Assembly (NCBI RefSeq): GCF_964355755.1
Contig: NC_092680.1
Span: 21,213,045-21,277,044 of the forward strand
Reading direction: 5' to 3'
Length of the DNA: 64,000 nucleotides
Source: Antedon mediterranea
Taxonomy: Eukaryota > Animalia > Echinodermata
Below, piece by piece: positions 13,065 to 25,502 of this stretch. Under the pieces are notes generated by a model. It was not told the DNA's origin. It saw only the letters and a program-made list of their open reading frames with translations, and did no database searches. A program made the position numbers and the translations under genes. Each line of letters begins with the position of its first letter. Position 1 is the first letter of the stretch.

Positions 13065-15880
13065 TCAACCATCAGTTGATTTGAAATGGTCATCATCAAT
13101 TGTTGAATAGATGTGGCCTTCGTTACTTAGAAACTCCAAAGCATTTCTGAAACAAAATTAATACTTGTTATATAATATAATAGTAGTTTTTTTGGGGGTT
13201 TTTTTGGGTACTATTTTCACTTTTTATTAGAACAGCCAAGTGAACAAAAATTAATAATCTTGCAATATTTAAGTCATAATTAAATTAACAATGCAAACAA
13301 GAAAAAGCGTATTTCACTTACTTTATGGCGTCTTTGGACACGCCCTTCAACTGGCTACAGAGGGCGCTAATACTGATTCCGGACTGGTCGCCGACATGCG
13401 CATTGATTAACTGATGTACCTAAAATATACAAAAGAAGAAATTTGATGGTTTCTGATAATTATTTAAATATAAACTGAAAACAATTGAAAGAGAAGGCGA
13501 CTGATGTTTTGATAACAGTAAAGTTGTTACATGTCACAATATCAGATCAGAGAGGTCACTAGAGAACCAACTAGAGTAGTAAATACATTACCTGGCCTTG
13601 CACCCCAGTTAGACCATTATTATTAACTCCTCCTCCATTATAAGCCCCTCCTCCCTTCACTGGGGTAACCATCATACTGCTTGAATGTCCATTTGATACC
13701 TGAAATTAAAAATGCTCACACTAACATTCTATGTACTGGTGTTATCAGGTACTCCATCTATGGGAGTTGAATCCCATTGATAATGAAAACCCAGGTACTC
13801 ATTTACAGATTATATTTTACCCACAATGCAATGAAACAACGTAAAAATAAATGTATTAAATGCTCACACTTGTTGCCAACTTGCTAATTAGCATATGACA
13901 TTTGGTGACCTCTAACATGTGCATTGAAATCTCATTGAGGTCAACGACTGGTAAAATACTAAACACGCTTAAGATCCTTTTGTTGTTGAATACACGCACC
14001 GTGCCGGTCACTCTTACATACGTATTTTCCTTGTGTAACATAGTTGTGTTTTCTTCTCCTTCCTACAAGACATTACAAGCGTATGGAAACACATTAGGCC
14101 TCTGTCTACACTATCAAACTTTATGTTACAAAACCATGTGATGTGCCCATATATGGACATGATGATTTCATATCACTATCATATTTGGGCACATCACACT
14201 TGTCATACTAGTTTGATAGTGTAGACAGAGCTTAAATGACAAAGCAGTAATGGCAACTAGTTCAAATCCTGACCACAACAAACAATTATAGTACATTTTA
14301 ATTTAAAATATTTATATTATAATAGCACTAAATAAAAACTTTGTACTCTATCACCTTCTATCATGCCATTCAATTTTTGGCAACTTTTAATATCCCGAAA
14401 GCTCTGTCTACACTATCAAATTTGATGTGACAAAAAAATGTGATGTGGCCATGGACATGATGATGTCATATCACTACAAATATCCCTTAGCAACTCGGCT
14501 ATGTTAGAATAGCAATTATTTTGAGAAATAATGTGTTTTAAATCAATTTCTTTCACTAGTTACAGCTTGATCACTATACTGCACTCTGATACTCACTGCT
14601 GAGTCAATCCACTCCCTTATTTCCATGGTTGATGATGTCATATCATGTAGTTCATACAAAACACAGGTTGCCTGAACTTCAATTCTCCGAACTAAACCGA
14701 CAATTGTCACCTGAGAAAATACAACAATATTGTAAAAGCATCCAACAATAAACAATACATCTGTACAGAATGTCATGATTCAGTTTTTTATAAATTATGT
14801 CAATTAATAAGGCCCCATAAAAAGTTATTACTTTATTACCCCCACGCACATCACTTTTGGAAAGCCAGAGCCAGCCTGTATTTAGGGGAATCACCTGATA
14901 TAAGAAGCTAATTGAATTGCTAATAGTTCAATCAAATTGACCACAAACAATATTTACCTGATGGATTTGGACATCACCTATTTTAAATATGTCATCAAGT
15001 TGTTCAGCCATCTTAATTTGTGCAATAGTACATGGTATTAAGTGCTTTGGCTTTTCCTTGTCCTAAATAAAAAGTTTCAAATATTTTAATAATGAAATAA
15101 ATAACAAATAATATTATACTATAATATACCGGTAACCATAACTATTATAATTTTTGCTTTAAGGTTACATTAATTGTAAACATGGCAGTACACAACTGTA
15201 GGATAAACCCAATAATTTGTACCTTTTTTTGTGTACTTTGTGTGGCGTCAAATCCACCTGGCGAGTTGAAATATCCACCTGATTGGGTGCTTTGTCCAAA
15301 TCCTGTGTAGTATAAAAAAGTATAGGCCTAGTATTAGTAGGCTAATAGAATGTCTCGGGAAGAACAACAGATTAGCTAGCAACTAGTTAGCTAGTTAGTA
15401 GGGTCAGACCAGGCTATTTATTTTATTTATAATATTACATGTAGAAAATTAATTTTAATTTAGTTAAAATTTGAAAACTTGATAAATTATATATCACAAA
15501 AGTTTAGGCAAGGCAATTATTTTGTGGGATGTGTGGTACGTATCGGCCTAAATGCGCAGGACATATGAGTGGTGTCGGCCTAAAAGTCACTTCGTACCCG
15601 GGCCGAAACGTCCCTGATTCGTGTAGGCCTAGCTACTAGTCCTAGTAGTAGCCTACTCTATATAGAGAGGCCTAGGGGTAGGCTGAATAGCTAGGCTAGG
15701 CAAGGCTAGGCCTAGACTAAAGGCCTAGCTAGGCCCAGGCAGGGCTAGACTGGGCCTACATTTTACCTAGAATAGAAAGAAGGTAAGAATAAAAAACTGT
15801 ATATATAGAAAACAAAATCCTACTAAACCAAGAGATGTATCACAGAAATTCACAGACTTACCTGACTCGTTTCCCCACAT
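13065..15880 (-). CDS. RPA2: Replication protein A 32 kDa subunit, 8 coding exons
   Basis: Exons reconstructed with GT-AG boundaries and consistent phase: 15862-15880, 15223-15302, 14958-15062, 14597-14710, ~13868-14062, 13592-13699, 13322-13419, 13065-13146. Translation: [91 protein letters not shown]. This matches the RPA32 phospho-domain, OB fold and winged-helix C-terminus. Confidence 0.96.
14098..14232. mobile_element. MITE family A copy in RPA2 intron (a second partial copy at ~14400-14478)
   Basis: CTCTGTCTACACTATCAAAC..GTTTGATAGTGTAGACAGAGCT. Confidence 0.85.
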
Positions 15881-16649
15881 GTTGTTTCAGATGTTCAATT
15901 AGTTATGATATGTACGTCAAAACAATTCGCAATAATTTCGCGCGATTTTCCTCCGATCCTCTCTCTCTCCTTGTTGAGTTTAGTTGCCAAATGTTATAGT
16001 ATAATACACCCAATTTTGAAAAACAGAATGCGAACACCATCGTAAAAAAATTATCATTAGATTTATTTAAATTATGTTTATTATAGTTTATTTATTATAT
16101 TGGTTATTATTCTAACAATTACCACAAGATTTAATTGATATAAAGAACTTCTTCTTTTAATTTAATTAATTTAAATCTGGTAACTCTCTTCAGTCAACAT
16201 TTTTAATAACAAACATTTTGACCTGCTCTCTGACCTCGTTTACGTTTTTTCTTCTCATTTGAGCTATATATCCAATACCAAATTGGCGAGTAAATCATGT
16301 TTTACTTTAAATTAAATTTATACGCTCTTCCACAAGGTCAATTGTTAGTTATACATACAGACTATATTAAAACAATGATTTTGAACACGTAGGGCATTTC
16401 TTTGAATTCTTTCCTATTGTCGTTTTGTGGTAATTTACAGCTTTTTATATGTTTAACAAACGTACATAATCAATTGCGTCTGCATCATGCTAGACTACAA
16501 CTTCCGGTAGTGACGTAATCAGCATATTTTTGATAATAAAACTTTTTCACTAAGCTAGGGAATCTTCTGATATCAATATTCATTAGACCGTACTTTAGTT
16601 AGCCAATCAAAATAAACGTATAAACAATTTTGCGGCGATGTTGTTGAGG

Positions 16650-19100
16650 TAAAATATACTGTGTTTTACAATAACCAATTTGGTTAGAGTAAAACACAAT
16701 GATAAAGAATAGGAAACATTTAATAATATGATAAATGTCATTACATAGCAATTTATCACTGTGTTTTACTATAACCAATTTGGTTAGAGTAAAACACAAT
16801 GATATAGAATAGGCAACATTTAATAATATGATAAATGACATTTACATAGCAATTTAGCACTGTGTTTTACTATAAACAATTTGGTTAAAGTAAAGCAGAA
16901 TGATAAAGAATAGGAATTTAATAATATGATATATGACATTTACATAGCAATTTAGCACTGTGTTTTACTATAACCAATTTGGTTAGAGTAAAACACAATG
17001 ATAAAGAATAGGAAACATTTAATAATATGATATATGACATTCACATAGCAATTTAGCACTGTGTTTTACTATAACCAATTTGGTTAAAATAAAACACAAT
17101 GATAAAGAATAGGAAACATTTAATAACATGATAAATGACATTTACATAGCAATTTAGCACTGTGTTTTACTATAACCAATTTGGTTAGAGTAAAACACAA
17201 TGATAAAGAATAGGAAATATTTAATAATAATGATTATTTACATAGCAATTTAGCACTGTGTTTTACTATAACCAATTTGGTTATAGTAAAACACAATGAT
17301 ATAGAATAGGAAACATTTAATAATATGATAAATGACATTTACATAGCAATTTATCACTGTGTTTTACTATAACCAATTTGGTTAGAGTAAAACACAATGA
17401 TAAAGAATAGGAAACATTTAATAATAATGATTATTTACATAGCAATTTAGCACTGTGTTTTACTATAACCAATTTGGTTATAGTAAAACACAATGATAAA
17501 GAATAGGAAACATTTAATAATATGATATATGACATTCACATAGCAATTTGGCACTGTGTTTTACTATAACCAATTTGGTTAGAGTAAAACACAATGATAT
17601 AGAATAGGAAACATTTAATAATTTGATAAATGACATTTACATAGCAATTTAGCACTGTGTTTTACTATAACCAATTTGGTTAAAGTAAAACACAATGATA
17701 AAGAATAGGAAACACTTAATAATATGATAAATGACATTTACATAGCAATTTAGCACTGTGTTTTACTATAACCAATTTGGTTAAAGTAAAGCAGAATGAT
17801 AAAGAATAGGAATTTAATGATATGATATATGACATTTACATAGCAATTTAGCACTGTGTTTTACTATAACCAATTTGGTTAGAGTAAAACACAATGATAA
17901 AGAATAGGAAATATTTAATAATAATGATTATTTACATAGCAATTTAGCACTGTGTTTTACTATAACCAATTTGGTTATAGTAAAACACAATGATATAGAA
18001 TAGGAAACATTTAATAATATGATAAATGACGTTTACATAGCAATTTATCACTGTGTTTTACTATAACCAATTTGGTTATGGTAAAGCACAATGATATAGA
18101 ATAGGAAACATTTAATAATATGATAAATGACATTTACATAGCAATTTAGCACTGTGTTTTACTATAACCAATTTGGTTAAAGTAAAACATAATGATAAAG
18201 AATAGGAAACATTTAATAATATGATAAATGACATTTACATAGCAATTTATCACTGTGTTTTACTATAACCAATTTGGTTATGGTAAAGCACAATGATATA
18301 GAATAGGAAACATTTAATAATAATGATTATTTACATAGCAATTTAGCACCATGTTTTACTATAACCAATTTGGTTATGGTAAAGCACAATGATATAGAAT
18401 AGGAAACATTTAATATTATGATAAATGTCATTACATAGCAATTTAGCACTGTGTTTTACTATAACCAATTTGGTTAGAGTAAAACACAATGACAAAGAAT
18501 AGGAAACATTTAATAATAATGATTATTTACATAGCTAGCAATTTAGCACAATGTTTTACTATAACCAATTTGGTTATGGTAAAGCACAATGATATAGAAT
18601 AGGAAACATTTAATAATATGATAAATGTCATTACATAGCAATTTAGCACTGTGTTTTACTATAACCAATTTGGTTAGAGTAAAACACAATGATAAAGAAT
18701 AGGAAACATTTAATAACATGATAAATGACATTCACATAGAAATTTAGCACTGTGTTTTACTATAACCAATTTGATTAGAGTAAAGCACAATGATAAAGAA
18801 TATGAAACATTTAATAATATGATAAATGACATTTACATAGTAATTTATCACTGTGTTTTACTATAACCAATTTGGTTAGAGTAAAACATTTTAACTATGA
18901 TAAATGATATTTAGCACTGTGCTGGATACAGTAAAACACAAATTAAGAATAGGAAACATATAATAATATGATACATTTACATACAAATTTAGTATTGTGT
19001 TTTACTATAGCCAATTTGGTTACAGTAAAACACAATGATAATGAAACATTTATTATATGATATTATTTACATAGCAAAATATTATATTAAACATATCTTA
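16650..19100 (+). repeat. Tandem array of ~97-101-bp monomers (about 24 copies), left arm of the foldback element
   Basis: Monomer AATTTAGCACTGTGTTTTACTATAACCAATTTGGTTAGAGTAAAACACAATGATAAAGAATAGGAAACATTTAATAATATGATAAATGACATTTACATAGC recurs, e.g. TGTGTTTTAC at 16861, 16959, 17060 and 17161. Monomers degenerate toward the inner edge. Confidence 0.97.
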
Positions 19101-19125
19101 TTATCTAAACGTTATGAAAAGAATA

Positions 19126-20385
19126 GGATACATATAATGTAATAATATAATAAATACAAGTTACATAGTTTATCATTTTGATTTACAGAACCAATTTGGT
19201 GACACAGTTAAACACAGTGATAAAGAATAGATACTGTTTTAGGTTATATAACCCTAACCCTAGTTTGAAGCGACATACTAAATTCATCGCGAAAAAGTAC
19301 GTATCGTATTTAGAAACTTTTGAAATTTGTTAGATATGTTTAATAGGTTCTTACGTCTATAAAACAAACAAAAAATATAAATTTCACAAAAAATTCGTGA
19401 TTTTAATAATTTGCATTTCTAAAAATGTACACTTATGAAATACCATACATTTTCCAACACATTTTTACTTCATTGATGATTCCCAGAAATCAAAATAAAA
19501 CAAATTATGATATTTCTTTTACATTATAGATGTAAGAACCTATATTGAACATGTACCAAATTTCAAACGTTTTTTAAGACGATACGTATATTTTTATCGA
19601 TGAATTAAGTATGTGATCGCTTCAAACTAGGGTTAGGGTTAAATAACCTAACAGTTCCATTCTTTAACACTGTGTTTAACTTGTAACCAAATTGGTTTTA
19701 GTACAACACAATGATAAACTATGTACATTTTATTTTTCATATTACATTATAGGATACATATAATGTAATAATAATAAATACAAGTTACATAGTTTATCAT
19801 CTTGTTTTACAGAACCAATTTGGTTACACAGTTAAACACAATGATAAAGAATAGACACTGTTTTAGGTTATATAACTCTAACCTTAGTTTGAAGCGATCA
19901 CATACTTAATTCATCGCGAAAAAATACGTATCGTATTCAGAAACATTTGAAATTTGGTAAATATGTTCAATAGGTTCTTACGTCTATAAAACAAACAAAA
20001 AATAAAAGTTTCAAGACAAATTCGTGATTTTAATAATTTGCATTTCTAAACATTTACACTTATGAAAGACAATACATTTCCAACACATTTTTACTTCATT
20101 GATGATTCTCAGAAATCAAAATAAAACTATTAGGATATTTCTTTTGCATTTTAGATGTAAGAACCTATATTGAACATATCTACCAAATATCAAACGTTTT
20201 TCAAGACGATACGTATTTTTAGCGATGAATATTAAATATGTGATCGCTTCAAACTAGGGTTAGGGTTAAATAAACTAAAACAGTTCTATTCTTTATCACT
20301 CACTGTGTTTAACTTTTAACCAAAATGGTTATAGTAAAACACAATGATAAACTTATATGTCAATTTTATTTTTCATAACATAAAA
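19126..20385. repeat. Two tandem ~625-bp palindromic modules (plus a third partial inverted copy at ~20650-20960)
   Basis: AGGATACATATAATGTAATA starts at 19126 and 19751. Each module has ~200-bp inverted arms (AACCCTAACCCTAGTTTGAAGCGA ... TCGCTTCAAACTAGGGTTAGGGTT) around a central spacer. Confidence 0.9.
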
Positions 20386-21579
20386 TGTTTGATATTCTTT
20401 ATAATATTTAATATTATATTTTAGGCCTACTATTAATGACGTATAAATGCACACTACATCTGAAATAACTTTCTACTTCATTGGCGATTCTTACCAAAAA
20501 AAAAGAACTAATTTTGTTATGTATATAGAGCAACCTATTATAACATGTCTTGTATGATTTTTATCTCGTTTCAATGACATTTTATACTACAATTCAAATG
20601 AAAAAGCATCACAAAAAAATACGTCTGGTATTCAAAAAGTTTCTAAACTCGGTACACAGAAAAAAGGAAATATTGAAAATGTATGGTCTTTCATAAGTGT
20701 GAATTTTTAGAAATGCAAATAATGGAAATCATCGATTTGTCTTGAAATTTATAATTTGTTTTGTCTTATTGAACATATCTATACAAAATGTCAAACGTTT
20801 CTGAATACGATACGTTTTTTTTCTCGATGAATTTATAATGTCGCTTCAAACTAGAGGGTAGGGTAGTAACCTAACAAGTATCTATTCTTTATCACTATGT
20901 TTAACTGTGTAACCATATTGGTTCTAATAAAAAACAATGATAAACTATGTAAATTGTATGTTTCATATAATTACATTTTTTCAAAAAAAAAATTATTGGG
21001 AATGTCAAATTTCTTTTTCATGACATATATCTACAAATTTCAGAAGCTTTTGAGTACGAGTATTTTACGCGATGTTTTTTTATCCTCATTTTAATATTTT
21101 GGTAATGTAATTCACATAAAGTATTATATCCAAAAATTGTTTATTCTTGGGTAGAAATGAGGAAATAAATAGTATTCCTGTATAATATAATAATCAATAA
21201 TAAAGTATAAAAAAAAATGTTGTGTAAACGAACGTTTTTTACGCTTCGAATTTTCTGTTACATTATGTTTGGATTGAAGCTACAGATATTGAATCATGGA
21301 CCTATAAATTAGTAATTTATAGGTCCATGATTGAACATATCGTCACTCACCACACATTTTTTGTTTTGTATTTCGAAAGTATTTATTCTAAAGAACAATT
21401 GATGCAAACATCAACTGCGTATCTTATTTCATTAATTAATTATATTAATTATAATTTGGCGATTATTCGTCACACGAAGAGTCGAATATCGATTCGTCTC
21501 GTCATGAGAAGAAAACGTGCATTGCGCACACTGTTTACGCGCCTCAACAATAAACGGCGAATATGCGATTCGTCACTTA

Positions 21580-22509
21580 TGGAACGCCGTTTTACACAAG
21601 TTTTTGGCGATGATAAAAATTGCATCGATGATGAAATTGCGTCGATGAAAATTGCATCGACGCAATGTAGATTGCGTCGATGCAATGTAGATTGCGTCGA
21701 CGCAATTTACATTGCGTCGATGAAAATTGCATCGATGAAAATTGCGTCGATGAAAATTGCGTCGATGAAAACTGCATCGATGAAAATTGCGTCGATGAAA
21801 ACTGCATCGATGAAAATTGATGTGATGAATTTAATTGATTATGAAAATTCCAAATGGTTTTAATTCAATCAATGATGAAAATGACTACTAGTAAAGTAAA
21901 TGATGATGTTAATAATGATGTTAATAATGTTATTATGTTGCTAAAAATTGACGGTTTCTGAATATTTTGATATGATAAACATGTTTACCGCTTGCGCTAG
22001 CGCGCGTTATAGACAAGCGCACAGTGATCGCGCACTAAAACAATGTTGAAATATATGCACTGATTAACATTTTAGTGATTTATTGTCAACACATTTTAGC
22101 AATGGATCCATTATTGTCCTTTCGGACACATTATATCTTCTAGCTAATTGCTTCCGTTAATCCACCAGTTCAGTACATAAAATCCAGATGTCCAGCATCC
22201 ATGACATCATATTCAAATCATACCGGCAGGGAGATCGCAATTTTCATCGATGAAAACTGCATCGATGAAAATTATTTTTTTTTTCATCGATGCAGTTTTC
22301 ATCGATGCAGTTTTCATCGACGCAATTTTCATCGACGCAATTTTCATCACATTAACGCAATTTTCATTACATCGACGCAATTTTCATCGACGCAATGTTC
22401 ATCACATCATTACATCAATACTATATTCATCGACGCAATTTTCATCACATCGACGCAATTTTCATTGCATCATCGACGCGATTTTATCATCGCCTAAACT
22501 GGCATTCCA
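21580..22509. mobile_element. Nested ~930-bp foldback/MITE whose arms are built from 15-bp ATCGATGAAAATTGC repeats
   Basis: Tandem 15-mers at ~21620-21825 and inverted copies at ~22238-22490. Outer ends are TGGAACGCC..GGCGATGATAAAA and TTTTATCATCGCC..GGCATTCCA, bounded by TA on both sides. Confidence 0.7.
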
Positions 22510-22859
22510 TACTAATTGCGTGTGATCTGATTGGTGTATTATAAATAAATTCATCGCGATGAATTTTTCAGTAGATGTAATGAGACAGTTCAGTAGATGT
22601 AATGACAGTTAATTTAATTGTTCTGCTCTTTTTGTACAAATCTATACTACTTTATATTATGGATTTTGTAGTACTGTTAAAATTATCAAATCTCTGGAAG
22701 TGTGTTTTACGAGTATGTCCGCAAATTTATGCGTTTACGGTTTTAAATAGCGAACATGATCTTGTTAGGTGCACTACGCACGCAGTACTCCAAAATGTCT
22801 TACTAATTGGGAGAAAATCATATTGTATCATATCATATTATATCCATTTTTTAAATTCA

Positions 22860-24860
22860 TATTCTTTATCCAAAACTAAATTGGTATAGTAAAACACAGT
22901 GCTAGCAATTTATCATATTATTAAATGTTTCATATTCTTTATCATTGTGTTTTACTCTAATCAAATTGGTATAGTAAAACACAGTGCTAAATTGCTATGT
23001 GAATGTCATTTATCATATTTTTAAATGTTTCCTATTCTTTATCATTGTGCTTTACCATAACCAAATTGGTTATAGTAAAACACAGTGCTAAATTGCTATG
23101 TAAATGTTATATATCATATTATTAAATTCCTATTCTTTATCATTGTGTTTTACTCTAACCAAATTGGTTATAGTAAAACACAGTGATAAATTGCTATGTA
23201 AATGTAATTTATCATATTATTAAATGTTTCCTATTCTTTATCATTGTGTTTTACTCTAACCATTTTGGTTATAGTAAAACACAGTGATAAATTGCTATGT
23301 AAATGTAATTTATCATGTTATTAAATGTTTCCTATTCTTTATCGTTGAGTTTTACTCTAATCAAATTGGTTATAGTAAAACACAGTGCTAAATTGCTATG
23401 TAAATGTTATATATCATATTATTAAATGTTTCCTATTCTTTATCATTGTGTTTTACTCTAATCTGATTGGTTATAGTAAAACACAGTGCTAAATTGCTAT
23501 GTGAATGTCATTTATCATGTTATTAAATGTTTCCTATTCTTTATCATTGTGCTTTACTCTAACCAAATTGGTTATAGTAAAACACAGTGCTAAATTGCTA
23601 AATGTCATTTATCATGTTATTAAATGTTTCTTATTCTTTATCATTGTGTTTTACTCTAACCAAATTGGTTATAGTAAAACACAGTGCTAAATTGCTATGT
23701 AAATGTCATTTATCATGTTATTAAATGTTTCTTATTCTTTATCATTGTGTTTTACTCTAACCAAATTGGTTATAGTAAAACACAGTGATAAATTGCTATG
23801 TAAATGTAATTTATCATATTATTAAATGTTTCCTATTCTTTATCATTGTGTTTTACTCTAACCAAATTGGTTATAGTAAAACACAGTCATAAATTGCTAT
23901 GTAAATGTTATATATCATATTATTAAATGTTTCCTATTCTTTATCGTTGTGTTTTACTCTAATCAAATTGGTTATAGTAAAACACAGTGCTAAATTGCTA
24001 TGTAAATGTTATATATCATATTATTAAATGTTTCCTATTCTTTATCATTGTGTTTTACTCTAATCTGATTGGTTATAGTAAAACACAGTGCTAAATTGCT
24101 ATGTGAATGTCATTTATCATGTTATTAAATTAATGTTTCCTATTCTTTATCATTGTGCTTTACTCTAACCAAATTGGTTATAGTAAAACACAGTGCTAAA
24201 TTGCTAAATGTCATTTATCATGTTATTAAATGTTTCTTATTCTTTATCATTGTGTTTTACTCTAACCAAATTGGTTATAGTAAAACACAGTGATAAATTG
24301 CTATGTAAATGTAATTTATCATATTATTAAATGTTTCCTATTCTTTATCATTGTGTTTTACTCTAACCAAATTGGTTATAGTAAAACACAGTGATAAATT
24401 GCTATGTAAATGTTATATATCATATTATTAAATGTTTCCTATTCTTTATCGTTGTGTTTTACTCTAATCAAATTGGTTATAGTAAAACACAGTGCTAAAT
24501 TGCTATGTGAATGTCATTTATCATGTTATTAAATGTTTCCTATTCTTTATCATTGTGCTTTACTCTAACCAAATTGGTTATAGTAAAACACAGTGCTAAA
24601 TTGCTAAATGTCATTTATCATGTTATTAAATGTTTCTTATTCTTTATCATTGTGTTTTACTCTAACCAAATTTGTTATAGTAAAACACAGTGCTAAATTG
24701 CTATGTAAATGTAATTTATCATATTATTAAATGTTTCCTATTCTTTATCATTGTGTTTTACTCTAACCAAATTGGTTATAATTTATTTAATTTCATTTCA
24801 AAAGACATTTACCTAAATTGCTATTTAATTATAGTAAAACACTGTGCTAAATTGCTATTG
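22860..24860 (-). repeat. Inverted tandem array of the same ~100-bp monomer (about 20 copies), right arm of the foldback element
   Basis: Reverse complement of the 16650-19100 monomer (TTTATCATTGTGTTTTACTCTAACCAAATTGGTTATAGTAAAACACAGTGCTAAATTGCTATGTAAATG...). Confidence 0.97.
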
Positions 24861-25502
24861 TATTAAGGACGAGTTCCGAGAAGATGTATTCAAAGCTACA
24901 ACCAATCAGAACAGTGTTAATCAATATAGTCCATGGCTACAGCCAATCAGAAACGTCCAAATCGCAATAACCCCTAGGCTAATAGAAATTATTGGTCCGA
25001 GTAGCCTTTTCAACCAGACGTTGCGAGGTTTAAAAAGTAAAACATGATTTACTCGCCAGTTTGGTATAGTTTATATACCTGCTCATTTCGGATCGTACGT
25101 ATACTCTGTAAATAAATAATATCACTTTATACGATAATTAATTGCTATTAGTCGATTGTTGTATATATTGCACAGAAATCTAAGCGTATTAATTGAAAGG
25201 TAAGACATTTAATAGAGAGATCATTTAGCTAGGCCTAGCCCCCCGTACGTAGCCAGCCTAACAAGTTGAAGAAATATTGCGATCAGCAAATGAGATCATT
25301 TCTGACGACTTATCGCTGCATGCCTGGTCGTTTGGTCCATGTTAATTTTTTTGCGTTTAACCTAAATAAATGTAAACTTTGTTTGGTTGAACCATTTTTG
25401 AGTTTGATTTAGGTTCGGGCATGGAGAGCCTCAATCATAAAACTTGCAGTAGCCTAGTTTTATGAAGTATGATTATTTTCCCTTTTCCAGGTAGTTGCAT
25501 TC

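Larger units (their letters stand above)
16261..25081. mobile_element. ~8.8 kb non-autonomous foldback-type DNA transposon with modular inverted repeats
   Basis: Left end 16261 GAGCTATATATCCAATACCAAATTGGCGAGTAAATCATGTTTTACTTT aligns ungapped with the reverse complement of 25034-25081. Flanking direct repeat CTCATTT at 16254-16260 and 25082-25088 (9/10 identity if extended to CT(T/G)CTCATTT). Internal satellite arrays are in inverted orientation. No transposase ORF was seen. Confidence 0.82.

Noticed and set aside
21327-21863. 178-aa ORF with (KIASM)n repeats, and ORFs 22201-22525
   Set aside because: By-products of a stop-free 15-bp tandem repeat, with no domain or splice support.
23505-24696. 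Repeated ~61-aa ORFs MSFIMLLNVSYSLSLCF.. (also 16599-16841 and 18543-18731)
   Set aside because: Chance open frames across satellite monomers.
16650-24860. CRISPR-like array (regularly spaced palindromic repeats)
   Set aside because: The sequence between hairpins is also repeated rather than unique spacers. There are no cas genes and the context is eukaryotic. It is a satellite.
16261-25081. Foldback-read assembly artefact
   Set aside because: The arms differ in copy number, variant order and subterminal sequence, the centre is asymmetric, and a flanking direct repeat is present. Long-read confirmation is still desirable.
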